Below, piece by piece: positions 38,430 to 53,694 of a DNA stretch of 64,000 bases. This DNA comes from Sphagnum compactum (Eukaryota). The stretch's first letter is position 1, and each line of letters opens with the position of its first letter. Location: NCBI GenBank assembly GCA_965153455.1, contig OZ234494.1, positions 10,478,001-10,542,000 on the forward strand. Direction: 5' to 3'. The notes beneath the pieces were generated by a model, which did not search any database, had not been told where the DNA came from, and saw only the letters and a list, made by a program, of their open reading frames with translations. A program made the position numbers and the translations under genes.

Positions 38430-40352
38430 TCAGTGTACACACTCATAGGTTGTCTCCGATATTTAATTGCTTTGGAGCTCCTCTTTCCAAGTAGGGGAAA
38501 GTTTCAGTGGCCCTTTTCCCCATGAATTTTGTTGTTCGATGTGGTCCTTGATGGTTTAGACAATATTGTGGATTTTTGTGTGGCGCAATTTGTGGGTTTT
38601 ACTGATCTTGAGTTTTTATGACTCTAATTTCCTGAGTCCTTGAGTTTCTTTGGATGGCACACACTATGTGGATTTGTGATGTGTTTATAATTTCAAGTCA
38701 CATTTTGTAGCTTTGTGCAATCTTAGGTTTTTTGAAAATTTGGAAATCCACACATTGTGCTGGAATACAATCTGCCAACACTTGGCACCACAGTATTGTG
38801 TGCCAGTGCAAAAGAGTTCTACATGCAATCTGCACATGTCCAAAAAAATTGACTTGTTCACCCACAGACCTAATGCTTTTCCAAAATGGCAGAGAAAGCC
38901 TGAACAATTGAAGTACGGAACAATGAAAAATGGTTCAAGAAGTTGGCTAGCTGTGCACTCCCAAACACCCAAGTGAATCAGGAAATGACAAAACTGCTTG
39001 CCCGAACATTTGCAGTTAGTGTTTGTACTAAGCAATGCCCTCTAGGGGACCCTGAATTCCTGGTCAAGCTTGGTCTGACTGGGACCACATCAGCTGACAT
39101 AATATCAGTCTTGGGAGGTATTCTAACTCCACCATTCACCATTTTGGTTGCACCCCTGAATTCTTTGGGTGGGGAAGAATCTGCAAACTCATTACTCCCA
39201 CCCACATCGGTGAAAACAAAGCTCTGTTACCAACATAAGCATATTGTAGCAGACAATCAGACCAGGGTGCTAGCATTTGACTCTCACATGTTTACCCAGA
39301 CATAAAGTCACCTTTCACTGCTACCAAACTTGCAGAACAGCCATAGGTCAGCGCTTGTTGGTCCTGATAAGGTCCTGATAAGGGCAATTATTTCTAAGTG
39401 CCAAAAATTGGAAATGCAAGACTCACCAATAGAACAAAGAGATAGCATGCAAGAAAAATGTCACAGCATGCAGTTTTTAATTTCCTGAAAGTGGTCTTGG
39501 GATGGGAAACGAGCATGATCCCAATTAGAGGATACACCCACCTATCTTTGGAGTCGCTTAGGGCCTGATCAAGAAAGGAGCCATTTCATGCCATATCTCC
39601 ATCTAAACCCATCACTGTTTTCTTGAAGCTTTCTCTTTCCACATCCTATGTTGACATCTTTCACACTCCTTTCTGAGCAGGAATTAAGCCCTCTCAGTCA
39701 CACAAGCAAGAGTTGCTTGTGAGTCTACAGTAACTGGAGCAAAACCCCTCCATGTGAATGAAGGATCCCCTGCCATGATTCCATGATGCTCTGAGAAACA
39801 AAAACCACTCCTATAGTAGTAGGTGAGAGCACTCCAAGAAACTTGGCACTTAATGGCTTGTTTCTTGATCTGAGACTAAGGGACCCTTGAGAAAGGTAGG
39901 TGTACCCTTAACTGGGACTGTGTGGGGAAACCTCCCAAGGTAACAGCACAAACAAAGACCAAGGTGGTACCGAGGAAATAGGTTCTCAGTCTCAATCGAC
40001 CCACTAAGTATCAAACTTTCTGTTTTTTGCAAAATACAGGATTCATGTAATGCCCATAAGAGACATACATATAGCCAATTCACTGGCAATCCACTAACAA
40101 AATAATACTAAAACTAGCACTGGCCTCATTGGACACCTGTCAGACTTGATAACTCCACTCACATGAGGTACTTCACTCAGTATGTACAACAGTCACAGCA
40201 CTTGGTTATTCTACCCTCTACAGTCTCTTTTCACATGTTTGCAACAAGATATAATGTCCGACATTCTTGGACATGGGGCCATTTCCCTCTGGATTGTCTA
40301 CAAATTTTCAGATGCTCCTATTTTACAGGCTGATTGCCACAGATGACCAACT

Positions 40353-41763
40353 CTAGATTGACACCTGGAAGTGGTCAGGGGGGTGGGTGAACCAGGGTGC
40401 AGGTTGCCCTTGATGTCGGAGCATCTGTGATGTCAATGATTCAGGCAGCAAGCCTGAGCTGTCCTTCATCTCCTCTTCCACACTGGGAAGTTTTTCCCCT
40501 GCCTCTGGGAGCACAGGTGGTGCATCCACTGCATGGGGCAGCTTAGCAACTCTTGCAACCATCATTACATTGTCTATCAGCCCTGACACACCACCTGCAC
40601 TACATTAAACCAAGTTCAGTATGCAGCATTGCCTCCAAGAAAGGTTTTAGTTTCAGACACTTAAGTGAACCTCAGGAACAAATAAATCTTTGAAGAAAAC
40701 TTCAACAAAGATTTCACATTTTGATGAAATGCTTCAGGTTCAGACATGCATGTGAACCTCAGGAACCAATAGGATACTTTGCAAAGGAGTTGATCAACTC
40801 TACCAAGACCTTACAAAACTTCAAAACTAATCAGAAAATTCCAAAGGACAAGAAAGGCTGGTAATTTGCACATGTGCAATCTGTCAACACTAAGAACAAG
40901 ATGTCCTGAGACATCATGCAGACAGATCCTTGGATAGATCCCAGTATCCACCCCCCCCTCCAGAGGTCTACATGAGATGTTCTCATCAGTCTAACCTGAC
41001 TGCCGCACCAAGTTTTCAAGGCGCTCCAGAGGGCGGCATGCGGTTCCACGCTCATCACTGGATGCTATGTTACATTTCTCCTCATAATCCTCCTGCACTT
41101 GACAGGCGAACTCCAATTAATTCCAGATCAGAGGAATTCCATCGCACAATCTTTACAAGATACAGCAAATGAAGGCCCGGCTACAGCCACAAATGCTTTG
41201 TGATTAACAAATTGCTTCCAGCAGAGAACAAAAAAGCAAGAGGAGGAACAACCTTGATATTCTCGAACTCCGAAAGTGCCTCCCAACAACGATATCCTTC
41301 ATCACCTTCCAACACCATACACCGATCTGCATCCCGACAAACAAAGATTCAACCAAAACAACAAGACATGATACCAACGCCACGAAGCACACCTCTTGCA
41401 AACTTGCACAGTCCAGTCCTGCGTTCAAAAAGACAGAGAAGAAACCCTCCCGATTGTACATTTGAACTTGGAGTATATGTACATACCAGATAACGCCTGC
41501 TCGGCCTTTTCAAGAAGAGAACGCTCACGCATTAAGCGACTGATGCGACTCTGACTGAAAGGCTCCTTTTTCGGCAAATTGTTGTGATGTGCACCACCAC
41601 CTTCTGAAGGCTTCCCAGGAGACACAGCCGAACTAGACACTACTGCTACCCTGGAGGTCTTCTTGTTGCTCCCTACCATCACATGACTATGATTACTCGA
41701 CTGAACCCTTGGTGACATTATATGCAGCCAAAGAGGTGTAATAGGCGCCATTGCTATAACCAT
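40353..41763 (-). CDS. CBP1: CCG-binding protein 1 / MEE14-like protein. Exons 41763-41487, 41326-41253, 41092-40996, 40594-~40365; terminal exon uncertain.
   Basis: PKKEPFSQSRISR..LLEKAE, DRCMVLEGDEGYRCWEA, LVRQSGGVSGLI and LRHQGQPAPWFTHPPDH match the recalled Arabidopsis CBP1 blocks (EPFSRS, YCSTLEGD.SYSCW, GG.KSLI, AWFSHAPDH). Confidence 0.78.
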
Positions 41764-42649
41764 CTCTGTCTCTCAGAGTCTCTCTCTCTCTCTCTCTCTC
41801 TCTTCTGACTGTCTCTCTCGCACTACACTTCGCCAAGCACAACTAATTTACGTTCAAAAAAAAAACAAGATGTACACCAGAGACCAAAAAAAAATACAAC
41901 AAAGATTCGAAGAAAGAAAGAGACAAAGAAGAGCATCAGGCGCTGAAGAAAGGAAGCAGATCGGTCCGCGAGCAGATCGGTCCACAAGCGCGCGATGCGC
42001 GTTACGTAGTAGACCCCACACGTGAAACAAACAGACAAGAAGCTCAAACCCTAATTAGGCTTTCTTGTTGAAGGGCTCTACGATTTCGTCATCCAAGATT
42101 CATTCGTCGCTCAAGCAGACGTTATCAACAACCAACAGTGGACTCGTAGATGAGAAACAAACATTCATGAGAGGGGGAACTCTCGTCGCTCAGAACCATT
42201 CATTGAGAGTTGAGAGAATGTGGGCTACATTGTTGGTGAATGAAAAAGCCTGTAACTTATTCATCCATCAGTTGATGATGCACCCCAAGTATCTATCCCG
42301 CTTGCAAGAGGCGCAGATATTTTTTTCAACAGAATCCGTCCAAAACATTGGAAGAAGATACTTATTATTACTGACCAGATTTTTAAAATTGGAGAAAATT
42401 TGGCTCATTTGGATTTTTAAAAGGCAAAAAAAACAAAAGAACAAAAAACAAAAAACAAAAGATTAGGATGGCAACATGGCCTAATTTCAACTCTTATGGA
42501 TAGGTACTATCGGAGTAGCTTAGGAGGTTTGGCACTTTGATGTAATATATTAGAGTTATCGGTAAAGTCATGCCCTGTTGGGCCTGAGTTGCACCCCTCG
42601 TTTGATGCTTCATCCCCCCTCTTGGCCGTTGTCCTCTCAAAGTCATGAT

Positions 42650-42805
42650 TAAATAAAGGTATGAAATACTGAAACTCAGCATTAAATGAACAAGGTTCGA
42701 GAACAACCGGCTCGAGAACATTTATAACTACAGTACACATAGCAGCAGCAGTGGTGATTGGTTGAAGGCGTTCAGGAGAAGAAAGGACAGGGCAAACTCA
42801 GTTTA
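42650..42805 (+). repeat. Left arm of a diverged ~160-bp inverted repeat pair (partner 62140-62297)
   Basis: Blocks TATGAAATACTGAAACTCAGCATTAAATGAACAAGGTTCGA, TAACTACAGTA and GAAGGCGTTCAGGAGAAGAAAGGACAGG match the reverse complement of 62140-62297 in order. Confidence 0.8.
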
Positions 42806-44197
42806 GCTTAGCACCAAATTTGCTGCTAAATTGAGTTTCATACCCCGTTGAAGTCCAGTGTACCCTTTTTTTTTTTTTCCTGATTTTTGAAATCTCATCC
42901 CCTATGTGACCAAACAGGGGGTTCCGGTGCCGTCTTTTCCTGACTTTACGGATAACTTTATTTTTCTCCTAAGATTATGGCATTACTGTAGCCCACTCGG
43001 GTGGCTTCAGGCCATAATTAATGTCGATTAATTAATTAATTAATTAATTAACTTTGAGGATTCCATTTGGAAATTCAAAAATTGACAAGATTTCACATTT
43101 TCTTTCACAGTTTTTATTTTTTTCTATAAGAAAAGGTTTTTTTAATATTTCAGCATTTTTATAAAACCATATAATTTGTGCGTTTACCATTATTTCAGAC
43201 TGTAACTGGGTTCCGCACTGTTGATGGACAGCTTAAGTGTGTTTTCCACCATCAATTCCACATTACAATCTCAGTTCTTGGTAGGGTTTAGGGTTATGAA
43301 TGAAAGTGAACCAAAATGTTTCAGAAATATTGTTGATTTCATTGAAAAGAATGCAAACTTCTTTTTTTTTTCCTTTCTTTTGCATTGCATATTGCAACAA
43401 CTAAACTAACAGCTAAGATGCCTAAACTTTGCAATACATATTCACATCTACAACATAGTTCCTCAAAAAAAAATGGGCATTTGGGCATTTGACAAACTTA
43501 CAACTCTAACCCCACATGATACATCAAGAACTAAAAGCAAATGATATAATTGACTAGCATCAAAATTCAAACAAAATCACCAATATTACTAACTCAAAAA
43601 CTTCAAATTGAAAAATGCCACAAACATATTTACTAATTCCAGTATATGATAGAATTATAAACATTTCAAAAAAAGACATTGACTTGACACATGACAATTT
43701 CAATCCACCAAAAAAACCCATATTGCAACATCATTGACCAACAATAAAATTATAAGAAACAAAAAATCTAAAATACAAACGTTATTAATTAACCAACAAC
43801 CATCAACATGATAGATTCACAAACCCCATACTACAACACCACTACTAACCAACAACAAACACAATGTGATAGAATGATTAACAACAACAAATTCAATGTG
43901 ACAAAATGACCATCAACAACAAACATTGCACAATGTGACAAAATGACTAGTAACAACAAAGAATAAACATAAGTCAGCCCTAATTGAAAACCACACAAGG
44001 TCTATTTTTTTCATCATTGGAAAAGGCTAGAACCTACACTACTATTGACTACATTGCAATTCTATGTTAACAATTGCTAGTTCTTATATCTCATCATAAT
44101 CTTTTTCAAATTTTCCTTGATCAATTTTTTGTGTTCCTTGATTAGAATAACTTCACTTGACAAAAAAACTATGCATATTTCAAGGTTTATTTACAAC

Positions 44198-46140
44198 ACA
44201 TCCAATACGAGCATCATTAGGCCAATTTTTTACAACCAAAATAAGGCAATCCAAATTGTCAATCCCTAGCTTAGAACATTGAAAATTAGTGATGACTCCA
44301 ACAACATTAAAAATGCATTCAATCTTAATCTATGAGCCCACAATCCCAGACATTTAATGAGCCACATGCAAAATTGAAATGCATGTCCCCCCACCAAACC
44401 ACTTGGGGTTCTGAGTTTTGAATGGTTGCACACATAATCAACAAAACAACTGCAATTCATTTCTTAGAATAAATTTTTTTCGCATCATCATTTAACATAA
44501 TCTACTAAAAAAAAAAGACATCATTTTCAATTGTTGTTGTTTCAATGTGCTTTTGAAATAAGGTTTAAATAGAAATAAACTTGTAATAGAAATGGATAAA
44601 CCACCTTTATATTGTATTCTGCAACAATTTCCCACATAATCTTCAATAACCTTCATGTTTTTGAACCTAAGGTCAAACATTATGGCCAATATTTATGTGT
44701 TCTAGTTTAAATGAAAAACTCCAAAAATGTCAAGAATGGCCCAAATACATTGAGAATTGGTGACATCATCTTCAATTTAAATTCTTGAAATTTTGAATCA
44801 AAATCATCCCACATATAAAGCTAATACAAATCCTAAATTCTACCCACTTCAATTCTCATAATAATGCACAAGGTGAAAGTGGAAACTAACACATTTGACA
44901 ACAACCAAAAGCTTTGGCTTTGGTTCAAACACATTACTTCACCACTAGCAACAAAGTATCACAAATGGTTTGTACAACAACCAAATTTGACCAACTAACA
45001 CTATAATAACAAGTGCAATGCATGTTGTCGCCCATAACAAATATAAATTGCATTTTGAGACTTTAAAGTCTTTTGGAATAAGAGAGTATATGATGCAAAC
45101 ATTGTTTTGACAAAAGTTCTTAAAATTTAAATAGCAACCCAACAATAATGCAAGAATCCTTCCACTCTTGTCAACCCTTCCCAAAAAAAATTATCCATGT
45201 TATAGTCAAGATATGTAGTGATGTTTGCGCACCCTTCAAACTTACTTGTACAAATCTGGAACACACCTTCACATCATCAATATAACATATTGTATAGGTT
45301 TTGGCATGGAATGACCAAAATAAGAACCAACAAATGGCCATGGCAATTAAAATAGAGAGTAGGATACCACAAATGTCAAAGTAGAAATTAAGGTAATTAG
45401 TTTGACCTTTCGTCTTTCACATATGCAGTAACCTTATTAAGCAAACCAAATGAATTTTAAAACACTTTTAACATGAACTACCATGTTTGCATCAACAGCG
45501 TTGTGCACTTCAGAAATTCCCATATTGACATGAATGGGCTCCCACACATCGTACAACTAGAGGAAGCAAAGAAAAATCTCAACAAGGTGATTGTTTAGAT
45601 GTCTGTTACCTGCTGCATGGACTCACAAATTGTGTGATTGAAAAACCACCCTCTCACCACATAAACACAACAACTTCATCGGTCTTTGACTTGAAGGCTT
45701 GACAGCTCGGCAACTCTTGATTGTTTCCAAGAGCATAATTTCAATTCCCAATTGGGGTTATATTACTTGCTCATCACCTCAAGCTAAAAAGGAGGAGCAA
45801 AATTTCAATTCCCAATTCCAGTTATACATTACCTGCTCATCACCTCAAGCTAAAGGAGACATTGATGTTGTTGGACTTAACACCATGGCAAAAATGTCAT
45901 GCCTAGCATGGGATATCTAAAGATCAAATGAGGTAGTACAAATAACACATGAAACAAGAGAAGGAATGACATGTATTTCTCCCTTTTTTTGCTTACAACA
46001 CTTGGGAGCACTTCATTCACCAATTGGTGTTGAAAAGGAAATGTAATATGCCTACATTGTTTTAAAACCATGTGTTTTAACCAAGGATTTTCAATAAAAA
46101 AGGGACAATATCCATTTGCAATGTATAAAACCTATCTTCA
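44198..46140 (-). mobile_element. Highly decayed hAT transposase remnant with internal insertions
   Basis: ENPWLKHMVLKQC..FP..QLVNEVLP, MFDLRFK (the LDPRFK motif) and a dimerisation-domain segment GIVGS*IKIECIFNVVG..NLDCLILVVKNWPNDAR. Confidence 0.8.
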
Positions 46141-47260
46141 AGAAATGCAAGTTTATAGGATTTAATTTCTTGTAACATTTGTGAATGTTTTAAAAAATTG
46201 TGATTTTTTTGGCTACTTTTTTATGGTCTCTAACAATTTTGGTCATCTGCACCAATAACTCCCACTTTATATATTCTATTAAATGCAACTTTCAAACATG
46301 TTTTCTCAAAAAATTAATATTGTGGTCTTTGTTGTAGGTTGTTAAAGGTAAAAAATTATTCTATGTTGGTTAGACACCATGGATGTTAAGAAACAGGAGT
46401 ACCATCACTAAATGGTAATTACCGTTAGATGGCAAAATGATCTCAAGAGAATTATAGAGTGAAAATGTTTTCTAACAGTAGTACCATTAATGCAATGAAT
46501 TACCTTCATGGGATAGAATAATCAGAAGTTATTTTTGGGAAGAATTTTAATAAAAGTAATATTAGTTACTAAAAATAATATCATAGTCTAGTTCACTTAG
46601 AAGGGCATCATAATAACTATTTAATTACTAGTGGTAAATCTTATTTACCATCTTCTATTTATTAAGGGGTGAAGCAATCTAGGTTAATTAGTCCAAGTGG
46701 ATAAAGGATGGATGGATTATCCTTAATTAAAATTTGTGGAAAGAATTATGATAAAGAGATTTAGGAAGATAAAGAAGTCTAGGAGGATAAGGACTCAACC
46801 TTTATGTGGTGAACGTCCTTCTTGGGTTCCAGTTTATTTATTTCTTGGGAGGAGTGGAGGATTTCATTACAAGATTAAATGATTATATTCATTAGTTTTC
46901 ATGATTAATTGACATTAGGAAGATGCTTGTGTGTGACACTCTTGTGTGTGAGAGAAGAAAATAACATGGAAAAAACTTATATTTGTCCTTATGTAATGGA
47001 TAATGGTTGAAAGTTGTATGGATTCAATTGTATTTTCTTTTTTATGTTTTTTTTTCTACCTTGAGCTCCAGGGGAGAAAGGAGAGAAGTTTAACTTTAAT
47101 TTATATAGAACTTTGTATTAGTTCTTCATTTTTTTTAGAAGATTTGTATGCCATCCACTCTTTGTTTTAGTTTTTGGAGAAGGAAATACCTTATACCATA
47201 GGACGGTAGCTACCATTCAAAGGTAACAAATAAGGAAGTGGCCATTGGATTTAAAGTTTA

Positions 47261-47460
47261 CAAAGGATAAGGAACTGCTACAAATGGTAGGCATTAGTTT
47301 CAAAAGGTTTGTAGGTGCTATAAATGGTAAGTAGTAGTGACAGAGGGTTTGCAGGTGTTGCAAACGGTAGGTAGCGACTACAAAAGGTTTGTAGGTGTTG
47401 TAGACAATGAACAACAATTACAAAGGGTTTGTAGATGTTGTAGACAGTAAGCAACAACTA
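47261..47460. repeat. Degenerate tandem array, five 40-bp units
   Basis: CAAAAGGTTTGTAGGTGTTGTAGAC..-type units begin at 47261, 47301, 47341, 47381 and 47421. Confidence 0.75.
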
Positions 47461-48441
47461 TTGAACGCCTACAGATGGTTGTGGGTCTTCTTTCAAATTT
47501 ATAAATGATGATAGGTGCAAGACAATAACTATTACAAAACAGTAGCTACAACATGATGGTAGGCAGACAAAAAAGGGTTTTATTTCCATGTCTTTCCATT
47601 TTTCTTGTTATTTTTTTTAATCTAGTAGCCTTTTCCATGTTGGTAATTAGGTTGCTAGATCTTGTGGTTTTACATAGGTCACAGGTCCTTTCATATTCTT
47701 CCCATGGGCCAAATTGTTAGTTCATCAATAGTCACTGCAATAGAATGCATAACACACATCTCATAATTTATGGGTTATAAAAATCAATAAAGGCACCATC
47801 ATTCACAACAAATAAACTCCAATAATTAGCAAAATAATGAAAGGGTACCACATTTTTCAATTTGCCAACAATTTTGGAATGAGAACTCCCATGAACCATT
47901 TACCTCCATATTGGACAATTAACAACAACAACCAAATTGAATGAATTTTTTTTTTTAAAAACACAAATTGGAAATAACAAATGACAGTTTCAAACTCATG
48001 CTTCAAATCAAGACAATGATTGTTTTACAACAAGTTTTGGTATGTGAAACTTACCTTGAAAATCTTTGTTCCAAAATTGTGGCATTCGAAAACAACAAAG
48101 AAAAGATGGAAAATACACCTTCAAAGCCCTTGCTCAAAACTCAAAACCTCAAAACAATGTGGCATGTGACCAAATAGATGAAACAACAACAAGCAAAAAC
48201 TTTTGAACCCATTCAAAGGTTGCAATGAATAATCAAAGTTCACAAAGGTGAGAAACCAACAATCCAAAGCACATTGGATACAAAGAATTACATAAAGGTT
48301 TTCAAGACACAACTTGCAACTTCTAAATGCAACCAAAGTACCTCAAAGGTTGGTTGAAATATCAAAAGTTGTGGCAACTAGCAAGCCTAACAAGCTCCAA
48401 CTCTAAGTGGCAACCACCAACTCAAGCTTTTTGTTCTTAAT

Positions 48442-48885
48442 CTTCATCTAAAATTTGATGCAAGCAACAAACGACCTCTTGAGGACAAACAAATAAAAAT
48501 ATATATGCAAGCAACATGGATCAATTCAAGCACAACGAAAGAAAAGAAGAACTTGATTCAAACACAGCAAAAGAAAAAGTGAAAGCAAAACAAAGAAAGT
48601 TTGATGGATAAAATTCCAATGATGGTTCAACAAGAAAAAAAAAACCCTAAACCTTCATCTAGAATTTGTTGCCAGCAATAAACAACTTCAAAGACAAATG
48701 AAATAAAAACATATTTATAAGTGACATGGATCAATTCAACCACAACGAAGGAAAGGGGGAACTCAACCCAAGCATAACAAAGGAAAGGGATAATGCAAAA
48801 ATTAAAAAACAAAAAGAAGAAAGTTTGGCTGAAAAAACTCAACAGTGATGACAATGGTTCAATGAGAAGAAATAAACCCTAAACC
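48442..48885. repeat. Old tandem duplication of a ~210-230 bp unit
   Basis: Both units contain CTTCATCTA.AATTTG and ACATGGATCAATTCAA.CACAACGAA, and end in AAACCCTAAACC. Confidence 0.75.
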
Positions 48886-51592
48886 TAAAGATTATCCCAG
48901 CCTAAAATTTTACAAAAAGGGTTGAAACAAAGGCATGCATTTCAATTCTGTGAAACCAACAATTTTCAAGGTACGAATCTGACAACGAATTTTTTAAAAA
49001 TCATTCCTAAGTTTAGGATTTAAATCCAATTATCAACATGCAAATGTATTAGGGTTTGGTCCATTTTACCCATAACCTAAATCATTGGTTCTTACCCGCC
49101 CAATTGGATACTTGACTACATTGATATGTACTAAAAAAGGGGCCTAATTACAAGTTATAAGCCTTCATGACCTTCATTGGGTGAGGTAATAAGGGCTTAA
49201 CAAGCTATAGAATGACTCAATTTGTGCCCATGTCATGATTGTTTTGTGTTAGGTGAAGCCCCCATGTGGGGGCTTCTCAAAATAAAGGTCCCACAAAATG
49301 GTGTTAGTTGAATCAAACCCCACATTTGACAAAATTAAGAGCTTTTGAGTTATGACCTTTAATTCTACCATATTCATATTTATAGGCAAGGCTTAAAATT
49401 AGTAAATAAGTGATCTTGAATGGGAGAAATATTGTTGCGAGGTCAATGCTAAGGATGGTGGAATTTTTCTTATTATAAAAAATGGATAAATGTGTATGAT
49501 GATTCAAAAACAAAATATAGAATATATTTTTTGTTATTGTGTCACTACCTATTTGCAGTGAAAATGATTTTAAAGGAACTAAAAATGTAGCACCATGTCA
49601 TTGATTAGTGTTCACACAAAATAATTTTCAAAAGGTCTTGCCAAAAAATTATATATATATATATGAATTTTTTTTCATATTTGTTGAAATCGTTGAAAAT
49701 TGAATTTTTGATTAGTGAAAATTTGTTTATTGTCCTAACCATTGGGTTACTATTACAAATACACAATTCAAGGTGTACTTTATGTAATTATTCCCTTTTT
49801 TAATTCTAGGAAATTCAATTTGAAATTGTTTAACTTAATTTTTAAAATAAATAGATATTTGACCAAAAAATGCCAATTATCAATCATAAGTACGGTTTGT
49901 GAACACTAAAAGTGTCATTTAAAATTGCCTATGGTTGAAACTTAGGATCGTCATGCTTGTGACTTGCTTTGCAGTTTTTTCATTCTTGAATAGTGAAAGT
50001 AACATTCAATTGTTTGAAATGATCTATAATAAAAATTTAATGGAATTCAAAAAAAAGATTTTAAAGTTATCCATGTTATGAAAACCAATTCACCAATATG
50101 GTTTAAACAAAAAATCAACTTGTGCAATAATGGCAACCTAATGAAAGCCATTACAACTGCCTCATTTAAAAGCTAAGGTTTATTCATGATCAAACATCTA
50201 ATTTTGAAGTTTAGTTTTGATATTGGTAAAGCTATTAGGTTACAAAAGTTAGAAAAAACATTAGGTACATCTTCATGTGATCAAAACCTATATTTCAATC
50301 ATATTTGTGTGATATGACCTAAAAACATTTGTTCAAAAAATTTGTTAATAACAATATTTACATTAATGTGAACAAAAAATGATTTAATCAATGAAATATT
50401 GGTCAAGATTAAAGGTTTCAAAATAGGACTTGGACATAAAGGAGGACATGTAGGATGAATTAGATCAAATACCTCATGGCAAGAATTGGAAGTATAGAAG
50501 GGGGTGTATCACATGGTGGTGTTAGACAAATTATGTTGAAGGTTGTGTGGAGTGGGAACATTAAGGAATTAAAAAAAGGCCAAGTCACATGTTAATGTGA
50601 AACAAGTTTTAAAAGGAAAAGGCAAATGAATGACGAAACAGAGTCCCCAATAGAATATCATGTGTGGGTAGATGATTAGAAGTTGGGAGAAAAATAAGGT
50701 CAAGGATTTTTAATTGTCACAAACTTGGAGTAAAATGATGGAATGGGGGTGAGAAGACATGGTTCTTGGTTTGGCAAGTTGGGTAAAAAAACACTCAAAG
50801 GAGCCAAATAAGTCATAGATTTACTTATTTTTTCGCTTTTGAAAACCATGGCATAATGTGCTAAATGACCCAAATGAATGTTCAAATATTCAAATTTTAA
50901 TTCTATTTAATTAATTCTTTTCAATTATGATTTTAGTTAAAGAATTTTGAAAGTGAAAAATAGGTCCATTAGGAAAATTTTGCAAAGGATTTTATTATTT
51001 TTCATCGCATAAAAGCATTCCCGACAATAAAAAAAAATGATGATAAAAACTTATTAACCACATTAAAAATATATATATTTAGAATTTTAAAGCATTAGAA
51101 TTACAAGAATCTTTTATCATATGTAAATAAGGTATAATGTAAATGACATATTGAGTGAAGTTGTAGTTTACAATAAAAGAAAATGAACCCACAAACAATG
51201 AACATATTTTGGAATGATTTGAAACAATGATCATATTTTATTTTATTTTTTAAAAATCATAAAATTTGCACACTTTTAAATTTCATATTTACTCAAAATT
51301 ATTAACACACAACATGTGATATTTGGAGTAAATATAAACACATTTAATAATAAGTTGCAAAAAATCTTGAGGCCATTTTGTGTTTTGAGGTGTGTCATTT
51401 TAATGAAAAATTAATTTTGGGCAAAAATACACATAACCCTTAAATAAAATAATCCCATTAATTCGTGTAATTTGACATTGGGATGTAATAGTTTAAATGT
51501 GAAGGTTATTTTACAATGTTGAAATAGTAAAAATAAAAAAATCATGATTTCCCATTTCAACAAGTCCTACAAAACTTATACATATCATAATA

Positions 51593-51765
51593 CCTAGGAC
51601 AATTTGACACTAATTATATTGTTTCCAAAAATGTTGAAATTTTCCAAAAATAAAATTTGAAGGAAAATAAAATATCTATGGAATATTTGGGAATTTATCA
51701 TTTGTCAAAGTGGAATCATCAAAATTACTTAATTGTTCGACAAACATGTGTCAAAATGGCCATGG
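51593..51765. mobile_element. Same MITE family, copy 3
   Basis: TA|CCTAGGACAATTTGACACTAATTA ... CATGTGTCAAAATGGCCATGG|TA. Confidence 0.65.
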
Positions 51766-53694
51766 TACTACACTATATGTTTTTGAAATTTCATTTGCAC
51801 CATAGGATACTAAGGGTATTTTTGTTCCATTTAAGCCCCTTTTAGTTGGGAAATTAAAATGATTGAAGTTTAAGGAGTAAACTAACCCTTATGATGTTCA
51901 TAATAGGGCATACATAAAAATAATACAATCGGATTAATCTAACCCCATATCAAGTAGTTCAAACCTATAGTGAAAATTTTAGATGACCTGTTCTATGACA
52001 CTTAAATTATCTTAAACTTAGTTTTGGGTTGCTAACTAAAGTTGGGACATGACAAGGGAAATGAGCCAAAAGTGAGGCTAAGGCATCCCTTGGAACAAAT
52101 GCACTTTCACAAGGTGGGAAATCTAAAAGAAAAAATTCGAACGTTTCCATGAGGATTTGCAATTTGGGAGTTAGGAGTTTCGAAATATCTTGTTATATAC
52201 CCTTTGTAGTTGCATGCAACTTTGACATCCTTTTGTAGATATTAGGCCACTATGATCCAAACAAAATCAAGATTTGGCCCATAATGATTCTAAAACACAA
52301 AACTTACAAATTTGGGTCACCATTGGATGGAGGGCAACATACATGAATAAGATTGAAAAGGTGGTGGTCATTTACCTTTAGATAAACCCTTTCACATAGG
52401 TGGCATAAATAATGAATTGTTTGATATCTGATACAAACTTTCATCATGTAATATGAAAGTACCTTCAAGAAAAAAATACCTTCAAGACTAAAAGCTTACC
52501 CCCATCTTGTAACAATTTCCCCCTGCCTTTGATGAAGCCTTTATGCAATTTTCCCAAAACTTTATAACAATTTCATAATGACATTTTTTTCTTGAAGTTG
52601 TAGAATAATTATATGGAGGATAATGGTGATTTTTCCCAAAGTCCTAGGTGTAATGAAGCTTGTGAATTTGTGTTAGCCCATGGCTCAATTGTGCACCATT
52701 TTGGTTTTGAATTACAAAAACCACTTCCTTTTCTAAGTTTATGAAATTTGACATGATTATGAGCTCAACTTAATAAGAATTGAGTTCATTTTGTTGTCCC
52801 ACCTTATAAATTCATTCATAATGTGTACATTTAATTTAATATGTGATGCAATGCATATTGAATGCACCTAATTAAGAATGTTTTTGATAGAGCAAGTTTA
52901 ATTTGGGTTGTCACTTTGTAGTGGATGCAAGATGAAACATACAAATTCATTTTCATTTGAAAAATGTGTATTGCATGGTTGTGAACACTAATGTATACAA
53001 GATTGATGAATGAATTTGATTTTGTGTTCACCTTTATGTTGTCAAGGACATGAATTATTTGATTTCATTGAAATTACACCATTTTCTAATGCATGGTTTT
53101 CCCAACATATATAACCACAAAACAAATAGTTGATATTTGTTTAATTTTAAAGGTGTAATGCATCTTTTTTTTAAAAATGCAGTATTAGAACCATGCATTA
53201 GAAAAATGCCAATACATTTTGTTACTTTTATTACAAATTCCAATTTTCTTCCTTATAACCTTTAAACAGGATTGGTGTGAACTTTTTGAAATAATTTCCA
53301 ATCTTCAATTGAATTATAGTGGCAGTTAGATTATCCAATAAGATGGTTGTAATATTTAAAACCACACAAATAAGAATGCTTCCATTATGAATTTTATAGC
53401 TAATGTTTTTAAAGTACTTTCATTTTTCTAACATAACATGAGAAAACAAATGTTTTCAATTTCTATCAAAGTTTTTGAAAAATTATCTTTTTATATTAGT
53501 GGCTATCTAATACAACTTATCATAAAAAATTATTGATTTGGAAGAAAAATTCAAATCTAGCAAATTTGGGTCATTTTTTTCCATGAAAAATCCTTTGCAT
53601 ATGTCAAAATAATAGTTCTAAGGCCAAAAGTTGGCATAAACTTACTAATTAAAAAATGATTGTCTCAATCCCATTGTTTTGTAACATCATAGTA

